DNA from: Octopus sinensis
Taxonomy: Eukaryota
Assembly: GCF_006345805.1 (NCBI RefSeq)
Contig: NC_043024.1
Location: forward strand, 8,060,001 to 8,124,000
Direction of reading: 5' to 3'
DNA length: 64,000 nt
Position 1 is the first letter of the stretch; every line of letters starts with the position of its first letter. A model generated the notes under the pieces. It had not been told where the DNA came from, searched no databases, and saw only the letters and a program-made list of their open reading frames with translations. Made by a program: the position numbers and the translations under genes. Below are positions 1 through 11,613 of the stretch, piece by piece.

Positions 1-134
1 TGCTGCTGAAATACCTGAACCATCGTTAGACCTGGAGTCTTTTTTAGAATTTGCTCCACCACTTGGTTCCTGTAAGTAATTTAAAATCTTTGTCGGTTGT
101 TGTTGGTGTTGTTGTTGTTTGTATTGCATTGTGT

Positions 135-520
135 GGAGGCGCAATGGCCCAGTGGTTAGGGCAGCGGACTCGCGGTTTCGATTCCCAGACCGGGCGTTGT
201 GAGTGTTTATTGAGCGAAAACGCCTAAAAGCTCCACGAGGCTCCGGCAGGGGATGGTGGTGATCCCTGCTGTACTCTTTCACCACAACTTTCTCTCACTC
301 TTACTTCCTGTTTCTGTTGTACCTGTATTTCAAAAGGGCCGGCCTTGTCACTCTCTGTGTCACACTGAATATGCCCGAGAAGTACGTTAAGGGTACACGT
401 GTCTGTGGAGTGCTCAGCCACTCACACATTAATTTCACAAGCAGGCCATTTCCGTTGATCGGATCAACCGGAACCCTCGTCGTCGTCATAACCAATGGAG
501 TGCTTCCATTCCATTGCATT
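135..520 (+). mobile_element. tRNA-derived SINE (family E; second copy at about 21200-21485)
   Basis: Head ggaggcgcaatggcccagtggttagggcagcggactcgcgg...ttcgattccc has A/B-box-like motifs; the body is shared with 21202-21480. Confidence 0.75.
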
Positions 521-619
521 GTAAATTCAGTGAATTCGAAATTGAATAATTATTGATTTGAACCTCACAGTTTTTTTTTATGTGAGCAGTCTTGTCACCC
601 TCCTGTAATATTTAAAAAC

Positions 620-1060
620 TTGGTAGCTAGTATTAGTAACGGTGTCTAACCTCTCTCCTTCTAAAAAAGATTTTCAAGAAAGCTGCCCCCTGTTATAACA
701 AAACCCTAGCCGATGGTGGCTTCAAAGATAAATTAATATATAATCCCTCTAATAATCAAAATATTAATAATAGATGTAGTGTCATCAAAGATAAAATAAT
801 GCATAACCCCTCTAGTATTAATCATAATAATAATAATAAGCCTAAAAATAGGCCAAGGGAAATTATTTGGTTCACCTGTCCATTTTCCCTTAATATAAAA
901 ACTGTTTGTAATAGGTTCCTGTCTTTCCTAGACAAATACTATCCCAGCAATTCAGAGATACAGGAAAATATTTAATAGGCGTTCTGTGAAATTATGCAGC
1001 TGCTATCCTAATATGAAGAGTGACATTACATGTGGTCCATACCAAGTGCTTAAATCCAGT
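620..1060 (+). mobile_element. Penelope-like element ORF remnant (RT C-terminus/linker)
   Basis: Hand translation KAAPCYNKTLADGGFKDKLIY...KNRPREIIWFTCPFSLNIKTVCNRFLSFLDKYYP, then (frameshift) RYRKIFNRRSVKLCSCYPNMKS. Matches the PLE motif 'IIWFNPP.S.N.KT....FL...DKHFP....KIFNR.TVK.SYSCM.N'. Confidence 0.8.
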
Positions 1061-1089
1061 TGCAACTGTCACAACCCAGGATCTTGTGA

Positions 1090-1426
1090 AGGTACATGGC
1101 TCAGTGGTTAGAGCGTCGAGCTTACGATCGTGAGGTTGTGAGCTCGAATCCCAGACCGGGCTGCGTGTTGTGTTCTTGAGCAAGACACTTTATTTCACGT
1201 TGCTCCATTTCACTCAGCTGTAGAAATGAGTTGCGATGTCACTGGTGCCAAGCTGTATCGGCCCCTTTTGCCTTTCCCTTCAATAACATCAGTGGTGTGG
1301 AGAGGGGAGTCTGGTATGCATGGGCGACTCTGGTCTTCCATAAACAACCTTGCCCGGACTTGTGTCTCGGAGGGTAACTTTCTAGGTGCAATCCCATGGT
1401 CAGTATCGTGACTGAAGGGGGTCCCC

Positions 1427-1427
<1 letters not shown>
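1090..1427 (+). mobile_element. tRNA-head, CORE-like SINE (family C; other copies 9897-10460 on -, 17333-17895 on +, partial 17090-17260)
   Basis: ggctcagtggttagagcgtcgagcttacgatcgtgaggttgtgagttcgaatccc head, followed by a ttgagcaagacacttt...cagctgtagaaatgag CORE-like segment; the copies align by eye. Confidence 0.75.
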
Positions 1428-1461
<34 letters not shown>

Positions 1462-1955
1462 TTTTGTGTATGTATATACCTTCCTTCTCTGGTGTGAGGT
1501 CCCAACTATGGATCATTTGAGTAGTATTAGATCTTATGTCCATTTTGGGATCATTTCTGCCATTGAGATTGTGGGGTCGTGTAGGTCTGAGTTGCCAAAT
1601 AGGCAAACGGGTGCCATCTTCCCAGTCATATTTCATCATTCCTTTTCTGCCATTTCCAATGTCTGGCTTTCTGAAGTGTTTGCTGAATCCAAAAAAAATG
1701 AAAATAAATTGATGTTGATATTCATACTTAAAGCATGCTGGGCAAAATGCCATTAAGCATTTTGTCCATCTTTATGTTCTGAGTTCAAATACCACCAAGA
1801 TCAGTTTTTGCCTTTCATTCTTTTGGGGTAGTCCTCTCCCTCAAAATTTCAGGCTTTGTACATATAGTAGAAAGGTTATTCATATTGACTTGTTCTGTTT
1901 CTTGTGCAATCTTTTACTGAAGTGTTTTTGTTTTTTGTATCTTTTGTATTTGCAG

Positions 1956-2384
1956 CCAATACTACCTCTGTGCTGAAAGGGCGCCTCGATATGAAGTCAA
2001 AACAGGTTGGACGGGGTAACAAACGGCCGGCAGTGACTCCTGGACGTGGGGGTCGGCGGAACAAGCGATCGCGTGTTGGCGACGACGACTCGTTCTTGTT
2101 GGAAGGCGAGGAGAACGCAGACAGCCAACACATGTCGCCTGATTCTAACATGAGCTTGAAGTATACTTACGGTGTCTATGCATGGAGACAGTGGGTTCTA
2201 CAGAAAAATGCCCAACTCGAGAAAGTATCGAAGTCCGGTACGGGCCGTTTAAAACTGTTTAAGACCAATTTGCTGCAGTGCACACCGGATGAGCTGAACT
2301 ACTCACTTTGTCTTTTTGTCAAGGAAGTACGGAAACCGAACAAGGAGGAGTATTCTCCCGACAGCATACTTTATCTATGTTTGG
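1956..2384 (+). CDS. ZMYM: ZMYM2/3/4 (woc)-like DUF3504 protein, internal coding exon (5' exons lie upstream of the window)
   Basis: Polypyrimidine tract plus tgcag acceptor ending at 1955; donor G|gtaagt at 2385. Translation ends ...LKYTYGVYAWRQWV...LNYSLCLFVKEVRKPNKEEYSPDSILYLCLG, the N-terminal part of the ZMYM/QRICH1/KCTD1 DUF3504 domain. Confidence 0.9.
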
Positions 2385-2770
2385 GTAAGTTACCTTATCG
2401 GACACTGTTTTACTGGGGATGTTGTGTTAGCCCTAGTCACATGGCTTGAGGTTGTTAATCTCTATATATATAAATGGCAAAATGTCTGTGTGTGTGTCCT
2501 TTATACAAATCCACAATTTTTCAGTTAGAGGGCTCGCACTTTCTATGGTCATTCAAAACTGTCCAAGGGTGGTCGTGCACATCTTTACATTTCCTCAGTC
2601 ACCCCGCAAAGCCATTAAAAAATCAATAGAAGTGACTTTTTTGTGAATTTTCTATCCAAAACCCAATCAAAATGCCCGAAACTTGATACGTCAATTGAAT
2701 GCCAGCTAGCTGTATGTGATTGGTCAGAGATTTGGACAGTACTCGCATGCACGCAGCTGTATATGCATGC

Positions 2771-2883
2771 ACTAGCACTATGACCCGGTGTTGCCGGGTC
2801 ATAGTGCTAGTCAACGTATAAAATTATATCAAAAGTACATTTTTTAGCACTATGACCCGGCAACACCGGGTCATAGTGTTAGT
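2771..2883. repeat. Pair of palindromes resembling Helitron-type 3' ends
   Basis: actagcactatgacccgg-tgttg-ccgggtcatagtgctagt (2771-2811) and an inverted near-copy at 2845-2883 with loop caaca. Confidence 0.8.
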
Positions 2884-2980
2884 CTTCAAATAATGACAAT
2901 AAAGAACAGATCTCTAACATTACTTCTTGCTATCTTTATTCAATAATTCTTACGTTTTTGTCTTCTTCTATCACCACCAG

Positions 2981-3106
2981 GCATTCAACAATATCTATTT
3001 GAAAATGGAAGGATTGACAATATTTTCACAGACATGTATTATGAAAAGTTCACTGAATGTCTCAATGAAATCTTGATACGTTATCAACCTAAGATCAATG
3101 GGATTG
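2981..3106 (+). CDS. ZMYM: ZMYM-like DUF3504 exon
   Basis: caccag| acceptor and G|gtaagt donor; 126 nt, phase 1-1. Reads (G)IQQYLFENGRIDNIFTDMYYEKFTECLNEILIRYQPKINGI, the typical ZMYM 'GIQ.YL..NGR.DNIF.D..Y..F' segment. Too short for the ORF track. Confidence 0.92.
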
Positions 3107-3254
3107 GTAAGTGATTAGTGTTATTGATTTATCTGCTGAATACTGTGTATATTGCTTTTATCTCTTACAGTCATTGGACTGCAGCCATGCACGAACACTG
3201 CTTTGAAGGGTTTTAGTTGAACAAATTGACCCTTGTTCTTATTTTTTCTCTTTA

Positions 3255-3650
3255 CTCTTTTACTTGTTTCAGTCATTTGACTGCGGCCATGCTGGAGCAC
3301 TGCCTTTAGTCGAGCAAATCGACCCCGGGACTTATTCTTTGTAAGCCCAGTACTTATTATATCGGTCTCTTTTGCCGAACTGCTAAGTGACGGGGACATA
3401 AACACACCAGCATTGGTTGTCAAACGATGCTAGGGGTACAAGCACAAACACACAAACACACACATACATATACATATATATATACATATATACGAAAGGC
3501 TTCTTTCAGTTTCTGTCTACCAAATCCACTCACGAGGCTTCGGGGCTATAGCAGAAGACACTTGCCCAAGATGCCACGCAGTGGGACTGAACCTGGAACC
3601 ATGTGGTTGGTTAGCAAGCTACTTACCACACAGCCACTCCTGCGCCTATG
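3255..3650 (-). mobile_element. SINE family B (ggctgtgtggtaagtagcttgc...gactgaaacaagtaaaagag); about 15 copies in the window
   Basis: Same sequence at about 19445-19640, 20335-20745, 22688-23062, 27341-27595, 28166-28565, 35958-36088, 40925-41680, 43375-43745, 44265-45100, 45330-45905, 47535-47925, 51615-51770, 53293-53672, 54403-54830 and 56905-57340. Each has a tRNA-like head and an internal TA/TG microsatellite. Confidence 0.85.
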
Positions 3651-4283
3651 AGTCTGATACTTATTTTATCAGCCTCCTTTGCAAAATGTCCCATGTCAAG
3701 GGAGATGTGAATAAAGTAACATTCATTGTCGAGTGTGTGTATTTGTGTGACACCATATGATTGATCAGGCTGTCAGATGTTGATACACATTGCTGGTCAC
3801 AGTGCACTTTATCTTTCGAATGATGCCACCCTGTTGGCTCGGCAGACAGGTCGACATTCCCCTTCATTGGAAAGCTACTCCATTGCAGGCTTACCCATTT
3901 ACAGCTTAGTGGGCTGGAGCCATGTGAAATGAAGTGTTTTGCTCAAGAACACAACACCCCAATCATTTAAGTGGCAAATATACTTCACAATGTCGTGCTG
4001 CTATTGTTTATACCTCACTCAGAGATTTATTATATATATATATATATATATATTATCATCCTCATCATCGCTTAACGTCCGCTTTCCATGCTAGCATGGG
4101 TTATGATTTAATATGCACAATTAAAATAAGAGATACTAGGAAATATATTAAAAACAGTCCTTCAGCTCAGTTCATAACTAAGCCTGAACAATTGCCTGGA
4201 AATACATGGTATGTTATACAAATCTGCCAATTTAATGTGTCTGAAAGTATGAAACTAGGGGTTACACTTTTGTAACAGTGTGT

Positions 4284-4820
4284 CATCATCATCATCATTT
4301 AGCGTCCGCTTTCCATGCTAGCATGGGTTGGACGGTTCAACTGGGGGTCTGGGAAGCCAGAAGGCTGCACCAGGCTCCAGTCTGATCTGGCAATGTTTCT
4401 ACGGCTGGATGCCCTTCCTAACGCCAACCACTCCATGAGTGTAGTGGGTTGCTTTTTACGTGCCACCGGCACAGGTGCCATACGGGGCTGGTAAAACGGT
4501 GGCACGGGGGCCAGATGAGGCTGGCAACGGCCACAATCGGACGGTGGGGCGGCGCTGGCAACAGCCACGTTCGGATGGTTCTCTTACGTACCACCGGCAC
4601 TGGTATCACAGCTACAATTTCAATTGATGTTGATCGATTTCGATTTTCACTTGCCTCAACTGGTCTTCACAAGTAGGGTTTGTGTCACAAGAAGGAAAGG
4701 TATGCATAAGAGGGCTGGCTACGTCCCAGGTAGAGGCCACGGGTTATGGTCTCACTTGTCCTGCCGGGTCTTCCCACACACAGCATACTTCCAAAGGTCT
4801 CGGTCTCTGCTCATTTCCTC
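4284..4820 (-). mobile_element. SINE family D with RTE-like 3' tail and about 60-bp internal subrepeats
   Basis: (cat)n tail plus ggatgcccttcctaacgccaacc motif and repeated gtgctttttacgtgccaccggcac units. Copies at about 9200-9600, 13200-13370, 17930-18270, 32670-33035, 38420-38935 and 41900-42230. Confidence 0.75.
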
Positions 4821-5095
4821 GGATACTAGGAAATGTATTGAAAACAATCCTTCAGCTCAATTCATAACTAACCCTGAACAATTGCTTGGTATGTTATACA
4901 AATCTGCCAATTGAATGTGTCTGAAAGCACGAAACTAGGAGTTACACTTTTGTAGTTGTGTGTATTAAATGATGTTTATCTCTTGCTGTATGGAGTACTT
5001 TTTTTTTTGTTAATCCTGCCTATATTGCACCTGTAAACTATATATATATATGTGTGTGTGTTTTGGTAACGCATGGTTTATTCTTTTCTCTGCAG

Positions 5096-5329
5096 GTCAG
5101 CTGGTGTGTCGCATTGAAGAAGAGTATCTATGGGAGTGCAAACAGCTAGGTGCACACTCCCCACACGTGCTGCTTAATACACTAATCTACTTCAACACCA
5201 AACACTTCATGCTTAAAACCCCTGAGGACCACATAAAGCTCTCCTTCACCCACATCATGAAGCACTGGAAGAAAACCATACCTGGTAAAGGAGGTTCCGG
5301 CCGCAGTGTTTACCTCAGATACTATTGCA
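5096..5329 (+). CDS. ZMYM: ZMYM-like DUF3504 exon
   Basis: ttcttttctctgcag| acceptor and A|gtatgt donor. Reads (G)QLVCRIEEEYLWECKQLGAHSPHVLLNTLIYFNTKHFMLKTPEDHIKLSFTHIMKHWKK...YLRYYC, including the hallmark 'LWECKQLGA.SP..LL.TL.YFNTK.F'. Confidence 0.93.
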
Positions 5330-5466
5330 GTATGTCTTCGATAGCTTTTGGAGTTCACACTTACATTAGGTCTTAATGATTCTTACCGATTGTGAATTCT
5401 AGTAAGACCGTTTCAGTTTAATTTTAGGAATTGCTTTTTTAAATAACACATATGTGTATATACACA

Positions 5467-5503
<37 letters not shown>

Positions 5504-5506
5504 TAT

Positions 5507-5538
<32 letters not shown>

Positions 5539-5955
5539 TAGGTTGGAAAGAAAGTCCTTTTGCATTTTTGACCTGATCACTTTGGGGCTATATTTTCAGT
5601 AATTAGTATAAATTAAGCATTGATTCTTATATTTTAATGGTTTTTCTTTGTTTGTAGCTAACTTTTGTACCATAGCGATTAAATTCACGTTGATTTTACC
5701 CATTTAAAATGTATTTAGATATGACCTATATCAGACATTGTATGCTTTATGAATTCAAAAGGGGCACTTGAAGAATGCAAGTGGCAAGAAATATTTGTTC
5801 TGGCCATAGAAATGAAGCTCTAAGTGTCTGGACATGCCAGAGATGCCTGGCCCCTTTTTCTTGAAAACTCATTCTCTTGTAGATTCCCCTCAATCTAGAC
5901 AGCCAACTATTGTTTTTATGGAGAATTCAAAGCAAACTGCTTGACAGCACAATAG

Positions 5956-6813
5956 TTCAATTCAATTCAATTTAATTTTTATTGGCTCAAAAAGCAAAAA
6001 GCAAGGCCATGTAGGGGGACATGGAGTTATGTACAGGGAGGGTGTTCATGCAAAGAGTTCAGGCCATTTCTGGTCAAGAGAGACTTTGAACCGAGCGGTC
6101 GTCGGCATCTTCACTATCTCGTCCGGCAGCTTATTTCACGGATCCGCAACCCGGACAGAGAAAGCCCCTCTCCTTCGATTGAGATGAAATGGTCGTAGAT
6201 AGAGCTTTTCGGAGTGGCCCCGCAGCCGACGCTCTGGAGCAGGAGTGAAGAACAGCTCTTTCGAGAGGTTACACTTTCCGCTTATGATGTTGTGAGGCCA
6301 TGTAGGGGGACAGGGAGTTATGTACAGGGAGGGTGGTCATACAAAGAGTTCAGGCCATTTCTGGTCAAGAGAGACTTTGAACCGAGCGGTCATCGGCATC
6401 TTCACTATCTCGTCCGGCAGCTTATTTCACGGATCCGCAACCCGGACAGAGAAAGCCCCTCTCCTTCGATTGAGATGAAATGGTCGTAGATAGAGCTTTT
6501 CGGAGTGGCCCCGCAGCCGACGCTCTGGAGCAGGAGTGAAGAACAGCTCTTTCGAGAGGTTACACTTTCCGCTTATGATGTTGTGAGGCCATGTAGGGGG
6601 ACAGGGAGTTATGTACGGGGAAGGTGTTCATGCAAAGAGTTCAGGCCATTTCTGGTCAAGGGAGACTTTGAACCGAGCGGTCGTCAGCATCTCGCCTGGC
6701 AGCTTATTCCACGGATCTGCAACCCGGATGGAGAAACCCCCACTCCTTCGATTGAGATGAAATCGTCGTAGATAGAGCTTTTCGGAGTGACCCCGCAGCC
6801 GACGCTCTGGAGC
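5956..6813 (-). mobile_element. CR1-clade LINE 3' end, triplicated (291-bp period)
   Basis: aggccatgtag recurs at 6004, 6295 and 6586. The minus strand reads HNIISGKCNLSKELFFTPAPERRLRGHSEKLYLRPFHLNRRRGAFSVRVADP*NKLPDEIVKMPTTARFKVSLDQKWPELF (CR1 ORF2 C-terminus), followed by an (aattg)n tail. Confidence 0.85.
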
Positions 6814-7065
6814 TTCACACTTTAAATCATAAAACCCCTTCTTGAACTAGGAAAGGTGTCTAAAATTGGTCGGTGAGTCCCCACATTGTCTGGGTGCTTC
6901 TCAGCTTAGTCAAAAAGTTGTCTTCTGCTTGGCATTGAAGGGTAGACTTGCTACCCAAATCTTTCCTGGGTAGAATCATTACAAGTGAGGAAGAGTAGGT
7001 TTTCTATAATTATATTCAATGAAAATGACTATCATTAGATGCTAATGGAAAAGGAAAGTCCATCT

Positions 7066-7277
7066 AGCGGCGCGCTGGCAGAAACATTAGCATGCTGGGC
7101 GAAATGCTTAGCGGTATTTCGTCTGCCGCTACGTTGTGAGTTCAAATTCCGCCGAGGTTGACTTTGCCTTTCATCCTTTTGGGGTTGATTAAATAAGTAC
7201 CAGTTAGGCACTGGGAGTCATTTGTCTGTCCTTGTTTGTCCTCTCTGTGTTTAGCCCCTTGTGGGTAGTAAAGAAAT
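7066..7277 (+). mobile_element. SINE family A (ggcggtgagctggcagaaacgttagc...gaaatag) with 14-bp TSD
   Basis: TSD aggaaagtccatct at 7052-7065 and 7278-7291. Body gactttgcctttcatcctttcggggtcgataaattaagtaccag resembles a Meta-domain SINE (from memory). Many copies: about 12560-14030, 15335-15690, 35345-35955, 39078-39308, 42300-42650, 55125-55310, 58590-59164, 60010-60237 and 60840-62760. Confidence 0.85.
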
Positions 7278-7765
7278 AGGAAAGTCCATCTCCAAACCAG
7301 GATTATACCTGAAAAAAGTTATGCTGTTTGGTGGGATATGTAGGGTGCAATCTATCATGAAATGCTAAATCAAAATGAAATGGTTAATGTGGAGAAGTGT
7401 AGTCAACTGGATGCGATGCACAAAAATTTGCAGAAAAATACTCATTATTGATTGTGTAACGAGGTGTTTCTCTGATATGATAATGCTGGACCACATATTG
7501 TCTAAATCACTCAAGAAAAGATCATAGCAATAATTATGCAAGTTTTGCCTCGTCTTCCTTACTCTCTTCACCTTGCTCCATCTGATTATTAACTTTTCAG
7601 ATTATTACAACATTATTTAAAGGGGAAACAGTTTATTAATTATGAAGAAGATTAAAATGACTGAGGTTTTTTTTTTTCGCTTTTGAAACCTGAAGTATTT
7701 CATACTGAAGAGATCAACAGTTTGCCAAATATGTGTAATTATGATGAGGGGAAATATTATCTTAA

Positions 7766-7973
7766 CCCTTTAGCATTTAAACTGGCCATATCCGGCCAAA
7801 AGTATTCTGCCTGTTTTATGTTCAAACTGGCCAGATCTGGTCTCTCACACCAACCCTACAATATCGTTTGAAAGATTAACAGCTACCTCATCAAAATCTC
7901 ATAGCTACAAGATAATGCATGATTAGTTCAAAACAGGCATTAATTTTGGCAGAATAATGTGAACACTAAAGGG
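7766..7973. mobile_element. piggyBac-type MITE
   Basis: ttaa|ccctttag ... ctaaaggg|ttag ends; same family as 18664-18884. Confidence 0.75.
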
Positions 7974-8069
7974 TTAGATAACCCTTTACCCTTTGTTACT
8001 ACTGCTTTTGTTTCAATTAATTTTGAAAATTATTAAGGATTTTAGTAAAATAACTTGGTCATTATTTAG

Positions 8070-8450
8070 CTTGTGAACAACAACAAAAGCATAAAAGTAT
8101 GCTTGTGTAGTATACTTAAAATTAGATGGCCTGAACACATGGAGCTATGGCAAAGAACAAATCAAGTTTCGATTAGGGAGCAAATATTTAAGAAAAAGTG
8201 GAAGTGGATTGGTAGCACAATTAGAAAAGACACACCAAATGTAGCAAAAAGTGCTTTACAGTGGAAACCGGATGGATATAGAAAGAAAGGTAGGCCTAAG
8301 AACTTGTGGCGTAGATCAACACAAAAGGAACAAGAGAAAGGGGGACATTCATGGCAGAGTATAAGTACAGAAGCAAAAACTTATGCGACATGAAATTTAT
8401 CTATAAGTGGCCTATACTCTGCATTGGAGGGTTAAAGGCAGGAAGAAGAT
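8070..8450 (+). mobile_element. RTE-clade LINE 3' fragment
   Basis: ORF 8073-8393 reads ILKIRWP...KWKWIGSTIRK...AKSALQWKPDGYRKKGRPKNLWRR, the RTE C-terminal 'W.WIGH..RK...AL.W.P.G.R.RGRP..TW' motif. Confidence 0.85.
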
Positions 8451-8947
8451 TATTTAGCTGGTGTTTGGATCATAAATTAACATGAAACTTTGATGGAATG
8501 TTTTTAATTCAGATCACTTTGCTTGTATCATAGAACCAAGGATGGCCTTAGGTAGTTTGGTATCAAAAGGTGAGATACATTAAGACCGAAGATGCATCTG
8601 TTTTTTCCCCATCTTGAAATGCAACCAGAAGACTTACTTTCCAACCCCAGTATATATAATATATATATGTGTGTATATAATATCTTCATTTAACAATGTC
8701 TAATACCACTAATGGCTATGTCTCTTTCTTCTATTCTTTTATGGCAAAAAAGGCTGAAATCTGTGGAAATTACAAAAACGGCTGCTTAATATTAATCTGT
8801 GAGTTGTAAACTAAAACAGACTTAAAATCTATGATAATGGTAGACAGGTTGTAGTTGTCCATACGATTTACCTTGGCTCACCTGAGCTGTAGATGATCTG
8901 TTTTTGTCACATTTGCATTCCACAAAATTTCTGTCTACTTTCTGCAG

Positions 8948-9068
8948 ATTCTGAGATTGTTAACCAAAAGAAACGACGTGAGGAAATGCCTGCATACGAG
9001 CAGTGTGAGAACCACGACAACCCGTTAAGATGTCCTGTGAAACTTTATGAATTCTATTTGTCGAAATG
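8948..9068 (+). CDS. ZMYM: ZMYM-like DUF3504 exon
   Basis: tttctgcag| acceptor and TG|gtaagt donor; phase 1 to 2. Reads (N)SEIVNQKKRREEMPAYEQCENHDNPLRCPVKLYEFYLSK(C), containing the hallmark 'EN..NPLRCPVKLYEFYLSKCP'. Confidence 0.92.
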
Positions 9069-11613
9069 GTAAGTGTTGGCGTCTCGTGGTCTCTGTTTTT
9101 GTAAATTTTGGTTTCTGAAAACAGTGGAGATTTGGTAATTGCTTGGTCCTGTGTTGGAGGTAAATTGCTAGCTTAAATGGACACAGTGGTCAGTGTTCAT
9201 CATCATCATCGTCATTTAGCGTCCGCTTTCCATGCTAGCATGGGTTGGACGGTTCAACTGGGGCCTGGGAAACCAGAAGGCTGCACCAGGCCCAGTCTGA
9301 TCTGGCAGTGTTTCTACAGCTGGATGCCCTTCCTAACACCAACCACTCTGTGACTGTAGTAGGTGCTTTTTACGTGCCACCGGCACAGGTGCCAGATGAG
9401 GCTAGCAAACGGCCACGATCGGATGGTGCTTTTTACGTGCCACCGGCATGGAGACCGAACGAAGCTGGCAACGGCCACGATCGGATGGTGCCTTTTACGT
9501 GCCACCAGCACAGAGGCCAGTCAGGGCAGTGCTGGCTACGGCCACGTTCGGATGGTTCTCTTACGTGCCACCGGCACTGGTATCACAGCTACAAATTCCA
9601 TTGATGTTCTTGGTAGAATTTATGTCAGGGCAAGAAATTAATCCTTTTGTTATCGTATTTCTCATCATTGTCATTTAATGTCTGTTCTCCATGCTGGCCT
9701 GGGTTGGACTTTTTGACCGGAGCTGCCCAGGCTCCCAGTTTTTGTTCTGGCTTGGTTTCAACAGCTGGATCCCCTTCCTAACACCGACCATGTTACAATG
9801 TGTACCGGATGCTTTTTACGTGGCACCAGCTATGTTGAAATATATTGGTTTTGTTTCAGTTACTTTTTAAAATAACAAAGAATTTAGTAAAATGCTGAGA
9901 CCCCCTTCGGTTACGACTGACCATGGGATTGCACCTAGAAAGTTACCCTCTGAGGCACAATTCCGGGCAAGGTTGTTTATGGAAGACCAGCAGCCACCCA
10001 TGCATACCGGCCTCCCCTCTCCACGCCACCAGTGTTATCCAAGGGAAAGACAAAGGTCAATACAGCTTGGCACCAGTGACGTCGCAACTCATTTCTACAG
10101 CTGAGTGAACTGGAGCAACGTGAAATAAAGTGCCTTGCTCAAGAACACAACACGCAGCCCGGTCTGGGATTCGAGCTCACAACCTCACGATCGTAAGCTT
10201 AACACTCTAACCACTGAGCAAGACCAGCAGTCGCCCATGCATACTGACCTCCCCTCTCCAGTGTTATCCAAGGGAAAGGCAAAGGGGCCGATACAGCTTG
10301 GCACCAGTGATGTCACAACTCATTTCTACAGCTGAGTGAACTGGAGCAACGTGAAATAAAGTGTCTTGCTCAAGAACACAACACACAGCCAGGTCCATGA
10401 TTCGAACTCACAACGTCACGATCGTAAGCTTGACGCTCTAACTACTGAGCTATGGCGCCTTCACTTAGTAAAATAGCCTTGTCGTTATTAAGCTGGTGTT
10501 TGGAACATAAATCGGTGCTAAATTTTGCTGGGAAGTTTTTACCAAGAGTCACTTTAAAACTGGAAGATTGTATCATAGAGCCAAGATGAAACTCAGGCAG
10601 GTTGATTATTGAAAGGTTTAAGCCAGTGCTTTGCTGATTCTGTCCCATGACCAGATATCATAAAAGATGGTTCAGTGTGATAAAGCATTCAATCTCTTTT
10701 TTTTTAAACCATATTTGTGTTGAAATATGCTGCTTGTGTATCAAACAAGTTTGAAAACTGCTGAGGTATTATGAACCTGGTGTTTGAAAGATTAAATTTA
10801 TATGAAATTTTGATGGAAAATTTTAACTAAGATTCACTTTAACTCTTTCATTACCATATTCCTGCCTTCGTTTCAGTTAATTTTGAAAATAATTAAGAAA
10901 TTAGTAAAATACCTTTGTCATTGTTAAGTTGATATAAATAATGCATAAATGCGCCCTTTTTAAAGCCTAGCCAGGCTCACGGGCCCGGTTTCCCAGTTTC
11001 TATGGCGTATGTGTTCCCCAGCTGGATGGGACGCCAGTCCATCGCAGCGTTACTCATTTTTGCCTGCTGAGTAGACTGGAGCAACGTGAAATGAGGTGTT
11101 TTGCTGAAGAACACAACACGCTGCTCGGTCCAAGAATCGAAACCACAATCTTACGATCATGATGCTGACACCCTAACCACTAAGCCACGCACCTCCACGT
11201 TAAGTAGATATTGTAACATAAATTAACATGAAATTTTTTAGGGAAGCTTTTAAGATTCACTTTAACTTTTTGTTACTATATTTTGGTTAAAATATAGTCT
11301 TAGTTTCAATTAATTTTGAAAATAAATAATTTAGGAAAATAACTTTATCATTTTTTTGTTGTCTTGAGGGAGTCATTATTAGCATAATGATAGGTTTGAT
11401 TCTACTTATTTCATTATTGATCAAAAAAGAAATGGAATTGAACCTGTGCATGTGTTGTTATTGGCGTAATGACCCTCCCAACAAAATTTATTTCAATGCA
11501 CGATTTCACATCAAGAATCTTCCAAAACCAAAAAATATATAAAAAACCAAACATTATTAACCCCTTTTTCTTTTATCTGTGCGTGTGCGTCTTTTTTTTT
11601 TTTTTCTTTGTAG

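Larger units (their letters stand above)
5538..7760 (+). mobile_element. Decayed mariner transposon split by CR1 and SINE insertions
   Basis: TA + ttaggttggaaagaaagt TIR-like start. Degenerate transposase motifs in order: IRHCMLYEFKRG (about 5735), GKVSKIGR*VPH (about 6850), RIITSEEE*VFYN (about 6975, the 'VTGDEKW' region), DNAGPH (about 7480), PYSLHLAPSDY*LF (about 7560). Confidence 0.8.

Noticed and set aside
135-215. tRNA gene
   Set aside because: This is the tRNA-like head of a SINE that continues into a repeat body present elsewhere; there is no complete cloverleaf. The same applies to the other SINE heads.
6214-6771. Duplicated 91/88-aa plus-strand genes
   Set aside because: Antisense readings of the triplicated CR1 3' end.
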